Assembly (NCBI GenBank): GCA_963674825.1
Contig: OY771587.1
Span: forward strand, 2,464,001-2,528,000
Length of the DNA: 64,000 bases
Source of the DNA: Candidatus Cloacimonadales bacterium
GTDB lineage: Bacteria > Cloacimonadota > Cloacimonadia > Cloacimonadales > JAIOQZ01
Direction: 5' to 3'
This document shows, piece by piece, positions 39,403-47,330 of the stretch (position 1 is its first letter; each line of letters begins with the position of its first letter). The notes under the pieces were generated by a model. The model ran no database searches and had not been told where the DNA came from. It saw nothing but the letters and a program-made list of their open reading frames with translations. Position numbers and translations under genes: made by a program.

Positions 39403-40620
39403 TTACAGCACGCCTTCCTGATAAGCCACTTCTTCATGAAGCGCTGCGTCGAGTCCCTTGAGCTCTTCTTCTTCAGACACGCGAACTTTCGTGATCTTGT
39501 TGATAACGAAAAGCATGATGTAGGTGAAGAGGAAGGCATAGACGCTAGCGCCGATAACGGCAACCACCTGCTTCACGAAGAAGCCGGTTCCGCCGAATAC
39601 CAGCCCAGCCGGTGCATTGGGATTGACTGCTGTGGATGCGAAGACGCCAAGCATGATGGTTCCGACCACACCGCCGACACCGTGAACGCCCCATACGTCG
39701 AGTGCGTCATCCCAGCCCTTCTTGTTCTTGAGCTGAACGGCAAGGTAGCAGACCACACTCGCGGCGATACCGATGATTGCGGCAGCCCATACCGGAACGA
39801 ATCCGGCAGCGGGTGTAATGGTGGCCAGACCGGCGACAGCGCCAGTGAGAAGGCCGACGAGTTTTGGTTTGCGAGCGTGCATCCACTCGATGAAGAGCCA
39901 TGTCACGGTTGCGAAGGATGCTGCGATATCAGTATTAACGAATGCCTGGACGGTGATTTCGTCCACGGCGAGTTCGCTACCGGCGTTGAAGCCGTACCAG
40001 CCGAACCAAAGGAGGCCGGTTCCGATTGCCACGAGCGGAATGCTGTTAGGTGTAGAAGTTTGTTCTTTTCGAGCTCCGACATAGAAGACCGAAGCGAGTG
40101 CTGCGAAACCGGCTGTTGCGTGAACGACGATACCGCCTGCGAAGTCAAGAACGCCCCATTGTGCAAGGATTCCACCACCCCAGACCATGTGGACAAACGG
40201 GTAATAAACGAAGATTTGCCACATGCAAAGGAAGATAAGATAGGATTTGAACGAGACACGGTTTACGAATGCGCCGGTAATCAGCGCAGGCGTGATGATC
40301 GCGAACATCATCTGATACGCGAAGAACAGGTATTCCGGGATATGATCGACCGGAGGTGCAAGGACGGAATGGATCGTGACGCCGTTTAGAAACGCCTTGT
40401 CCAGGTTTCCGATGATTGCTCCGTCGCCGCTGAAGCACAGCGAGTAACCGATAGCGAACCAGAGAATCGTAGTGATACCCAAAGAAACAAAACTCTGGAT
40501 CATGATTCCGAGGATGTTGCGCTTGTGGGCAAGTCCACCATAGAAGAATGCCAGACCTGGAGTCATGAGCATTACGAGACTGGTTGCCAGTAGCATGAAT
40601 GCAATTGATGCGTAGTCCAT
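39403..40620 (-). CDS. amtB: Ammonium transporter
   Basis: MTPGLAFFYGG, YQMMFAIIT, DFAGGIVVH, GWYGFNAGS, DDALDVWGVHGVGG motifs. Confidence 0.95.
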   Translation of the reverse strand: MDYASIAFMLLATSLVMLMTPGLAFFYGGLAHKRNILGIMIQSFVSLGITTILWFAIGYSLCFSGDGAIIGNLDKAFLNGVTIHSVLAPPVDHIPEYLFFAYQMMFAIITPALITGAFVNRVSFKSYLIFLCMWQIFVYYPFVHMVWGGGILAQWGVLDFAGGIVVHATAGFAALASVFYVGARKEQTSTPNSIPLVAIGTGLLWFGWYGFNAGSELAVDEITVQAFVNTDIAASFATVTWLFIEWMHARKPKLVGLLTGAVAGLATITPAAGFVPVWAAAIIGIAASVVCYLAVQLKNKKGWDDALDVWGVHGVGGVVGTIMLGVFASTAVNPNAPAGLVFGGTGFFVKQVVAVIGASVYAFLFTYIMLFVINKITKVRVSEEEELKGLDAALHEEVAYQEGVL

Positions 40621-40670
40621 ATATTCACCCCTGAATGTACTTTTCTCTGGCTGGAACCAGAGGATGGTGC

Positions 40671-40699
40671 ATATTGAGAAAATTGAATAAAGGTGTCAA
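40671..40699 (-). promoter_or_regulatory. sigma70-type promoter of amtB
   Basis: Minus strand TTGACA-17 nt-CAATAT. Confidence 0.5.
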
Positions 40700-40732
40700 A
40701 CTGAATATTCAGTCTTGAATGAGATTTTCCAT

Positions 40733-40748
40733 TGGTCGCGTAATTGCT
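40733..40748 (+). promoter_or_regulatory. sigma54 promoter of pilin-like gene 1
   Basis: TGGTCG-CGTAA-TTGCT (GG-N10-GC). Confidence 0.55.
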
Positions 40749-40784
40749 TCATAGTTTCGTCAGGAAATAATATAAAGGGATAAT

Positions 40785-41186
40785 ATGGGACAGCAACAGA
40801 TACTTCTTATCGTTATCGGGGTAATCCTGATTGCCGTAGCGGTTGGCGTGGGAGCGCAGCTATTCCGCGATCAGACACTCGATGCGAACCGTGACGATCT
40901 GCGTGCTGATCTCGTGTGGCTTGCCGAAAAAGCCTACAAATATCGCATGATGACATCTGTAATGGGTGGTGGAAGCGGCTCCTATAACAATCTAGTAGAA
41001 GATGACCTTGGGATCGCAGATGCGCTCGATAATGATCACGGTACTTTCGAATTAGTCTCCGTCGATGCTGATGAAGTGGTTCTGCAGGCGACCGGCAAAA
41101 TTGGGGAGACCCCGTGGATCCTCCAGTGTGTGATGGATGGCAGCGGTAATAAAACGATCACGGTTGTTCAAGACGCAGCGTTCTGA
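40785..41186 (+). CDS. Pilin-like protein (MGQQQ family), paralog 1
   Basis: MGQQQILLIVIGVILIAVAVGVG: very short leader plus hydrophobic helix, then a small acidic domain. Confidence 0.65.
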   Translation: MGQQQILLIVIGVILIAVAVGVGAQLFRDQTLDANRDDLRADLVWLAEKAYKYRMMTSVMGGGSGSYNNLVEDDLGIADALDNDHGTFELVSVDADEVVLQATGKIGETPWILQCVMDGSGNKTITVVQDAAF

Positions 41187-41352
41187 TCTTTGACTTCGAA
41201 TATGTGTAAGATTTAATATACAGATTGTAAGATATCTGTGACAGATTTTCGGTGTAGCAGATGGCAGGGCCAATTCATCAATGCCAATTTTTACGCCGAT
41301 AATAACGTAACTTGCTGATATGTGGTTGTATATAAATATTCGGCCAATTATT

Positions 41353-41368
41353 TGGCACAGGCATTGCA
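41353..41368 (+). promoter_or_regulatory. Consensus sigma54 promoter of pilin-like gene 2
   Basis: TGGCAC-AGGCA-TTGCA; IHF-like site (minus strand TATCAGCAAGTTA) at 41308-41320. Confidence 0.8.
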
Positions 41369-41404
41369 AAGTAAAATGACAAATCACAAAACAAGGAGAT
41401 TACA

Positions 41405-41806
41405 ATGGGACAACAACAAATTCTGCTCATCGTGCTTAGCGTTATCCTCGTCGGTGTCGCTGTAGCAGTCGGTATTACCATGTTCAGAGACCATGCTCTT
41501 AACTCGAACAAGGATGCGATCATCGCTGACCTTACCAACCTTTCCGCAAAGGTTTACAAGTTCAGAATCACCCCGACCGGCATGGACGGTGGTGGCGGAT
41601 CATACGCTGACCTCGAAGATGGCGACCTCGGTACTGCCGAAGCGCTTGACAACGACAACGCGACCTATGAAATTATCTCCGCAGACGCTGATGAAGTTGT
41701 TCTTCAGGCGACCGGTACTCAGGGTGCTACTCCCTGGATTATCCAGTGCACAATCGACGCAAGCGGAAACAACACATTCACGACGACACAGCAGGCAGCT
41801 TATTAA
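41405..41806 (+). CDS. Pilin-like protein (MGQQQ family), paralog 2
   Basis: Same 133-aa length as paralog 1, with shared GGGGSY, DADEVVLQATG and TPWI motifs; AGGAG RBS. Confidence 0.7.
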   Translation: MGQQQILLIVLSVILVGVAVAVGITMFRDHALNSNKDAIIADLTNLSAKVYKFRITPTGMDGGGGSYADLEDGDLGTAEALDNDNATYEIISADADEVVLQATGTQGATPWIIQCTIDASGNNTFTTTQQAAY

Positions 41807-41826
41807 TCGTAATGTGACTTGATATT

Positions 41827-41859
41827 AGCGGGGACTGATTGCAGTCCCCGCTTTTTTTT
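41827..41859 (+). terminator. Intrinsic terminator
   Basis: AGCGGGGACTG-ATTG-CAGTCCCCGCT followed by a T-run. Confidence 0.9.
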
Positions 41860-42185
41860 ACCCAAACAGCCATTTACGAATGAGGTCCAAACGCGCTCGT
41901 CCAATGGGTGGGTGGGCTGATTCGCTTTCTATGGAAGGGAATTTGCCCGGAATTTCCATTGCTCTCATGCTTGTTGCTGGGAGGGTTTCGGATGAGGCCC
42001 TCGGTATTTTAGCAAATTCCATTACATAGAAAGCGGATCGGGACCGCAATCTCTCGAGCGCGTTTCAACGAATACCTTCAATGTCTCTCATTCAACAAAA
42101 ACAACCTTAATCCATACTCAAGAGCTTTAACTTGCGGAAAGTAATCTTCATGTATAACATGAGATATAAAGTTTTAACTTTTTGC

Positions 42186-42214
42186 TTGACAACTAATTGG
42201 GTTTTCCGTATAGT
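42186..42214 (+). promoter_or_regulatory. Near-consensus sigma70 promoter of the virion-gene operon
   Basis: TTGACA-17 nt-TATAGT. Confidence 0.75.
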
Positions 42215-42360
42215 GTTCACGAATATCAAGTGAGTGATCCCGGTGCCATACACCGTAAAAAATGAAGCGTTACAACTTACGATCCGATGAGGATCAACAC
42301 ATCCAAACAAAATCAAACAATTCCAAGCTGACAGAACAGCGACACAAAATGGAGGGAACA

Positions 42361-42927
42361 ATGTCATTACAGGAATTATTCGAGAAGTATTCCGTGGATA
42401 ATCAAGAGCTCATAACCGAAATGCAGGCATTCATCGATCAAGCGCTGACAGACAAAGGTGAGAACCATATCCCGAAATCCCGTCTGGATGAAGTGATCGC
42501 GCAGCGCAACGAGCTTCGTGAGGAACTTCAAATGAAAGAGCGGGAGCTCAATGGTTACGTTAACAGGCTGGGGCAGTTCGAACAGATCGATATCCAGTCG
42601 CTTCAGGAAGAGAAAGCGAAGCTTCAAGCTGTAGTGGACGAAATCCGCCGTAAAGAATGGGAACAGTACAGCCGATTCCTCGATGTTCCAGAAAACCACC
42701 CGCACTATGACAGGATGCTGCGTATTCGCGATGATTTCAAGTTCGGAACCGATACTGAACCGCTCACAGGAGAGGATATCCACCACAATCTGCAGGCAAT
42801 CAAGCCCTATCTCAAAGCAGGATACTTCACGAATGGACACGACTTCGACAACACCCGTCCAGTCCAGGGGATCAAGCCCCGCAAGCGGACGGATCTAACC
42901 GACATGTTCAAGGCATTTGGAGGGTAA
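42361..42927 (+). CDS. Phage capsid scaffolding protein
   Basis: IPKSRLDEVIAQRNE motif plus coiled coil; immediately before the capsid gene. Start ATG 42361 follows a GGAGG RBS. Confidence 0.7.
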   Translation: MSLQELFEKYSVDNQELITEMQAFIDQALTDKGENHIPKSRLDEVIAQRNELREELQMKERELNGYVNRLGQFEQIDIQSLQEEKAKLQAVVDEIRRKEWEQYSRFLDVPENHPHYDRMLRIRDDFKFGTDTEPLTGEDIHHNLQAIKPYLKAGYFTNGHDFDNTRPVQGIKPRKRTDLTDMFKAFGG

Positions 42928-43887
42928 ATGGCAAGTGCAACACTCATGAAGCTGGCTGCTGCGTATAACGTACCAAACCAGACAGCGATCATCGATTCGC
43001 TCATTCGCGAATCCGGAATTCTGGAAACCATGCCGTTCATCAAGGCGACCCACGGCATATACCACAAGTACAAACTCAAGCAGGAGCTCCCGGGCGGAGG
43101 ATTCCGCAGCGTGAATGGCTCCATAATCCCGCACACTACCGAAGACGTGGTGCTTCAGGAAGATCTCAAGATACTCACCGACATCCAGCAGGAAGACAAA
43201 GCGATCTGTGAGAGCTACCCTGGTGGAGTCGAAAAATACTTCGCTGACGAACTTCCTGCATTCGTAGAGGGACTCGGGCAAACTGCCGCACGCCAACTCG
43301 TATACGGCACCGACTCGACTTTCGGTGACGAAGAGGGCTTCAAGGGCCTCCGTCAGCATGCGGTTAAGAACGGCAACACCATCGACGCCACCGGTACATC
43401 GGGCAACAGAACCACCATCCTGGCAGTTCGCTGGAAAGCTGGAAGCTGCTGCGGTCTGTTCAATGAAAACGCCTTCTCGGATGGCAACCTGATCACCGTA
43501 CGTCCGCTTAACAACGGCAACCCGGTAATGGTTGTGGTCAATACAGCTACCGGCGCAGTCAAGCCTGTCTATCAGGCACTCTACGAAGCGTATATGGGAC
43601 TCCTGTGCGCGACCAGCGACAATGTCGCAGCATACGTCTCCATTCAGGACGCTACAGGCAAGAAGCCGACTGCGGGTAACATGGACAAGCTGATAGACAT
43701 GGTTCGCGGAAGCGTTAGCGATACCTTCATCTACTGCAACCGCACCGGTCGCAGACTGCTTTGGGAACTCAAGGAAAGCAAGATGCAGGTTTCCAGCGCC
43801 GACACAGACTACAACCGCCTGATCGAACGCTGGAACGGAATCCCGGTCGTTCTCGAAGAAAACATCTCATCCACCGAAACCATTTAG
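42928..43887 (+). CDS. Major capsid protein, BPP-1 Bbp17/epsilon15 gp7-like
   Basis: IIDSL..ESGILETMPF, LPGGGFRSVNG, DKAI, FVEGLGQ...LVYG...FKGL, FIYCNRT and WNGIPV..ENISSTE match the pattern I recall for this family. Confidence 0.8.
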   Translation: MASATLMKLAAAYNVPNQTAIIDSLIRESGILETMPFIKATHGIYHKYKLKQELPGGGFRSVNGSIIPHTTEDVVLQEDLKILTDIQQEDKAICESYPGGVEKYFADELPAFVEGLGQTAARQLVYGTDSTFGDEEGFKGLRQHAVKNGNTIDATGTSGNRTTILAVRWKAGSCCGLFNENAFSDGNLITVRPLNNGNPVMVVVNTATGAVKPVYQALYEAYMGLLCATSDNVAAYVSIQDATGKKPTAGNMDKLIDMVRGSVSDTFIYCNRTGRRLLWELKESKMQVSSADTDYNRLIERWNGIPVVLEENISSTETI

Positions 43888-43896
43888 GAGTAAACC

Positions 43897-44352
43897 ATGA
43901 GCAAATACTACGGCTATCAGGTAGATGAAAACATGATCCTTTCGGATGCTCAGGCGGTATTCGACGGGACGGGAATGGATTCAAGCAACATCCGCTACGC
44001 AGGCAACAGCGGCGGTTTGGTGGAAATTCGCGTTTATGCGAACACCGCGATCACGATCGCTACAGACGAGATCCTCAAAATCGAACTCGAGTGCTACTCG
44101 TCTCAGACCGCTGCCAGCGCGGCGCCACCGTTCAAAAACAGCGCCAGCGGCTGGGTCGATGACGCCCATTTCTATATGCTGTATAAAGATGCCAGCGATG
44201 ACGGGCTGTCGTTCAGCGCAGGTGACCTCATCACCGCAATGGTGATTCCCGAAGGTCTGCTGCGGGATCGACCTTACGTGCAGCTCAAGTACGCGACCAC
44301 CACCAGCGACTCATCTCAGAAAGTCGACGCGTTCCTGCACGTTCTCGCGTAG
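43897..44352 (+). CDS. Capsid cement/decoration protein, Bbp16-like
   Basis: VDENMILSDAQAV...SSNI N-terminus, YVQLKY near the C-terminus, beta-rich; directly after the capsid gene. Confidence 0.65.
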   Translation: MSKYYGYQVDENMILSDAQAVFDGTGMDSSNIRYAGNSGGLVEIRVYANTAITIATDEILKIELECYSSQTAASAAPPFKNSASGWVDDAHFYMLYKDASDDGLSFSAGDLITAMVIPEGLLRDRPYVQLKYATTTSDSSQKVDAFLHVLA

Positions 44353-44359
44353 CAAATCC

Positions 44360-44381
44360 GGGGAGGGGGAAACCTCTCCCC
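44360..44381 (+). terminator. GAAA-tetraloop hairpin after the capsid/cement genes (partial terminator or mRNA stabiliser)
   Basis: GGGGAGGGG-GAAA-CCTCTCCCC with only a weak U-tract. Confidence 0.6.
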
Positions 44382-44406
44382 ATATCTTGATAAAAGGAGA
44401 CATATA

Positions 44407-45144
44407 ATGGCTTGGGCAAATGCTGTGCTTTCAACACCAAATTCAATCGCGCGGATCGACGCTGAGGTGAATATTCTCGCCGGTGGGACCGTTCATCAGT
44501 GCTATAAAGGCGACGGCGCTAGCAGCATCGATTTCCCGGACGAAGTTGCCCGTATCGAGTGGTACGATCCCGATGGCAACGTGACCAGCGTCGACTTGTC
44601 AGTAACCTGGATCGTTCCCGAAGACACATACGTCTTTCGCATCGTGGGCTACGGGATTGACGACACCAGAATTAGCGAATACAATTGCGACGAAGGCGTA
44701 GAATTGGTTGCACTGGATGTCAGCGGAAACGGCTATCATGCAGAGCTTGATTCCACCTCGCTTCACGCGACCTACACAGTTCCTGCCAACTGGCTCGATA
44801 AGATCGCTATGGCGAAGAAGATCATCGGAAGGAGACTGGAAAATCAGCTCTCATCGCAGGGGTATAACGTCGATGAAAGCTCGGGAAAGGCACTACTCGA
44901 TATCGTGGCCAACCCCGAATTGTTCGACATCTGCAGCGACTACCTTACCCTTCACCTGATTTACACCGACCTGGCAAATGCGATGGGACGTGAGATGTAT
45001 TGGACCAAAGCTGAATTCTACCATCGTGTCTTCAAAGACCACTTCGATGTCGCTTCAAAAGCGGTTAATCTGGATACAACGCTCGACGGCGCGGTAGACC
45101 GCTATCGCGCCAATGTTTTCTCGACCACCCGGCACAAACGATAG
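44407..45144 (+). CDS. Putative head-tail adaptor/neck protein
   Basis: Position after the head genes; helical C-terminal half (YLTLHLIY..L...YWTKAEFY). Assignment rests mainly on synteny. Confidence 0.5.
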   Translation: MAWANAVLSTPNSIARIDAEVNILAGGTVHQCYKGDGASSIDFPDEVARIEWYDPDGNVTSVDLSVTWIVPEDTYVFRIVGYGIDDTRISEYNCDEGVELVALDVSGNGYHAELDSTSLHATYTVPANWLDKIAMAKKIIGRRLENQLSSQGYNVDESSGKALLDIVANPELFDICSDYLTLHLIYTDLANAMGREMYWTKAEFYHRVFKDHFDVASKAVNLDTTLDGAVDRYRANVFSTTRHKR

Positions 45145-45153
45145 GACAACACT

Positions 45154-45606
45154 ATGCACGTATATCAAAATGAAGTACTCAACTGGATGAAAGATACCCT
45201 GAAAAGCGGCGACCAATTCGCATACGTGGGCGATTTCCCGGATGACATCGATCGCTTCGGCAGAAACCTCCCGGCTATCCTGGTTCAAGACGGCGACCAG
45301 CCGGAGTTTGTCATGATGTCAGGCGGACAGATTCGCTACACCTACGAAGTCAACGTCTGGCTTTACCACAAACCGGGGCAGAATCGCGTCATCAACATGA
45401 ATGTTCTGAGCGACCTGGTGATCGAGAAGATCCTCGGTGCGGCTGGCATCGCAGACTATGTTTTCAACCTTGAAACCGTGTCAGTCGAGAAAGGCGAAGC
45501 CCATGGAGAATCGACTGACTACCTGGCCCCGGGAATCTATAACAACCTTACCATTCGGAAGATCGGGTTCAGAATGCAAATCCTCGACACCCGAACCGAT
45601 GACTGA
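45154..45606 (+). CDS. Putative tail terminator/completion protein
   Basis: 150 aa, acidic, LPAILV motif, immediately before the tail tube gene. Confidence 0.5.
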   Translation: MHVYQNEVLNWMKDTLKSGDQFAYVGDFPDDIDRFGRNLPAILVQDGDQPEFVMMSGGQIRYTYEVNVWLYHKPGQNRVINMNVLSDLVIEKILGAAGIADYVFNLETVSVEKGEAHGESTDYLAPGIYNNLTIRKIGFRMQILDTRTDD

Positions 45607-45620
45607 CAACTGGAGGACGT

Positions 45621-46577
45621 ATGTGCGCATATCGATATGGATATAAATATCTGGTGACACTGTTCAAGGAGCAGGACTCAGGCACGGGCAGCGGCTACGG
45701 CAACTATGCCGGTGACTACAGCTCAGCCGACAGAATTCTGGCCAGCGCAATCGAGATGAAACCGACACGTGAAGCGATCACCGTTCGCGCCAAGACCGAC
45801 ACCCTGGAGCCACGAGGTTCCGAGATGCTGGCTGGTCGCAAAGGCGGTACAGTTACACTGCGTGGGGAATTGACCTATCTTCACGATATCATGTTGCAGG
45901 GGCTCTTCTCAAAGAACACCTCGCCTTATCAGGTTCAGAATGTGAAGAATCCCTATTCCTATGAAATCCATCAGTTTTTCACCGACGACAAGAAGGGGAA
46001 TGTCGCTACCGGCTGTGTGCTGGAGAGTCTCAACATCTCCGGCGAGAGCAGCGGTGCGGTGAACTTCGAGGCTGTCTTCCGCGCTCGTACCATTGAAACG
46101 GAAGTTGATCTGGCAACCGGCGATTATGCTGCTTACGGAATTATTGCAACGCCTTCCGCGAAGACATTCCTGGTCGGTGATATTCAGTCGATTAACCTGT
46201 TCGACTCCTCATACAGTTCGTTTAACACGTTCAGCCTGGCACTTTCGAATCGTTTTGTGAACGACAACGCATTGTACCAGAATTCCTTCGTTAAGCAACG
46301 TGAGTTGCTCGAGGCGTTCAGCGGCGAAGCGACCTTTGATACCAACTACGATTCCACGAATGGCTGGTTTGAAGACGAACTGATCTCTCCGGATGTGGCG
46401 GTGGGCAATATCGATTTCACCATGTCCGACGGAACGCATCACTGGGCGGTGGAGACCAACGGTAAGATCACCGGCGTCAATCCAGCAGATCCCGAGCGGC
46501 AGATCTTCAACATGTCGGCAACGGTACAATTGATGGCGGATAACACCAATCCGTCAGTCAAGATCACCATCTCGTGA
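45621..46577 (+). CDS. Putative tail tube (major tail) protein, non-contractile
   Basis: Beta-rich; GRKGGTVTLRGEL, ATGCVLESLNISG and FSLALSN patterns; precedes chaperone and TMP; no sheath gene. Confidence 0.65.
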   Translation: MCAYRYGYKYLVTLFKEQDSGTGSGYGNYAGDYSSADRILASAIEMKPTREAITVRAKTDTLEPRGSEMLAGRKGGTVTLRGELTYLHDIMLQGLFSKNTSPYQVQNVKNPYSYEIHQFFTDDKKGNVATGCVLESLNISGESSGAVNFEAVFRARTIETEVDLATGDYAAYGIIATPSAKTFLVGDIQSINLFDSSYSSFNTFSLALSNRFVNDNALYQNSFVKQRELLEAFSGEATFDTNYDSTNGWFEDELISPDVAVGNIDFTMSDGTHHWAVETNGKITGVNPADPERQIFNMSATVQLMADNTNPSVKITIS

Positions 46578-46584
46578 GGACACG

Positions 46585-46986
46585 ATGAGCGATAAAATCA
46601 AGAACTGCTTCGAAGATCATGGCGCGGCGTTGACCCGTGAGGTCTTTTTCGACGGTGAGCGAATCGCAACAATTCGCGCGCTGAGGCCACTCGACCGTGA
46701 CGCGTTGCTTCCGTTCATGGGTAAGCTCAGCTTCAACGGTGAAGAACCTGTCTACGAGGGCATTCAGCCCGAAGCGCTACGCCTGGCAAAGATCGTTCTG
46801 GCGTTGGGCGGAGAGCTCGACGGAAGAAGACACCAGGTGGATCGTGAAGGATGGATATTCGAGCGATCCGTTACACTGGAGAGCGTAAATCTGCTTCGGG
46901 AAGACATCCGGGATGCGCTCTGGCATGAGATTGTCGCGATGGAAGAAGATTTCAGGCAGAACCGCGAGGCGATCCGAAAAAACTGA
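46585..46986 (+). CDS. Tail assembly chaperone (lambda gpG-like)
   Basis: Between tube and TMP; ends in slippery heptamer A-AAA-AAC followed by TGA. Confidence 0.7.
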   Translation: MSDKIKNCFEDHGAALTREVFFDGERIATIRALRPLDRDALLPFMGKLSFNGEEPVYEGIQPEALRLAKIVLALGGELDGRRHQVDREGWIFERSVTLESVNLLREDIRDALWHEIVAMEEDFRQNREAIRKN

Positions 46987-47330
46987 CACGCGCCCTCCGG
47001 TTGATGATCTATTCGGGTGATCGCTGGGAGGGCATGATTCAAGGGTATGCGGGTGAGAGAACATTCTGCGGTTATTGCCGGATGCATCGGACGTGCAGAA
47101 GGGAGCGCGCCGGAAATCCGTTTCCGAAGGTTTTACCGGGAGTGCGGATGGTGCTGGATTACCTGATTGAAAACGCCCGTGGCGTGGTGCACTATCCCTG
47201 GGATGGCGATCACCGCCGGCAACCACAGTGGTTTATGGAACTCTACGCACTCGCGGAGAGATTGCAGCGAGAAACGATGACAGAGAAGCTTCAACGGGGG
47301 CAAAATGAAACGAAACACAACATGGGATAA
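46983..47330 (+). CDS. -1 frameshift extension of the chaperone (gpT-like)
   Basis: The -1 frame is open from the slippery site (LTRALRLMIYSGDRW...) and contains CGYC and QPQWF; no evident RBS of its own. Confidence 0.65.
   Translation: MTRALRLMIYSGDRWEGMIQGYAGERTFCGYCRMHRTCRRERAGNPFPKVLPGVRMVLDYLIENARGVVHYPWDGDHRRQPQWFMELYALAERLQRETMTEKLQRGQNETKHNMG

Noticed and set aside
39370..40389. 339-aa plus-strand ORF
   Set aside because: Antisense shadow of amtB.
41858..42049. 63-aa minus-strand ORF as regulator of the virion operon
   Set aside because: No RBS, HTH or other recognisable motif; cannot be supported as a gene.
42928..43887. Encapsulin nanocompartment
   Set aside because: It is accompanied by scaffold, cement, tail and lysis genes rather than a cargo enzyme.
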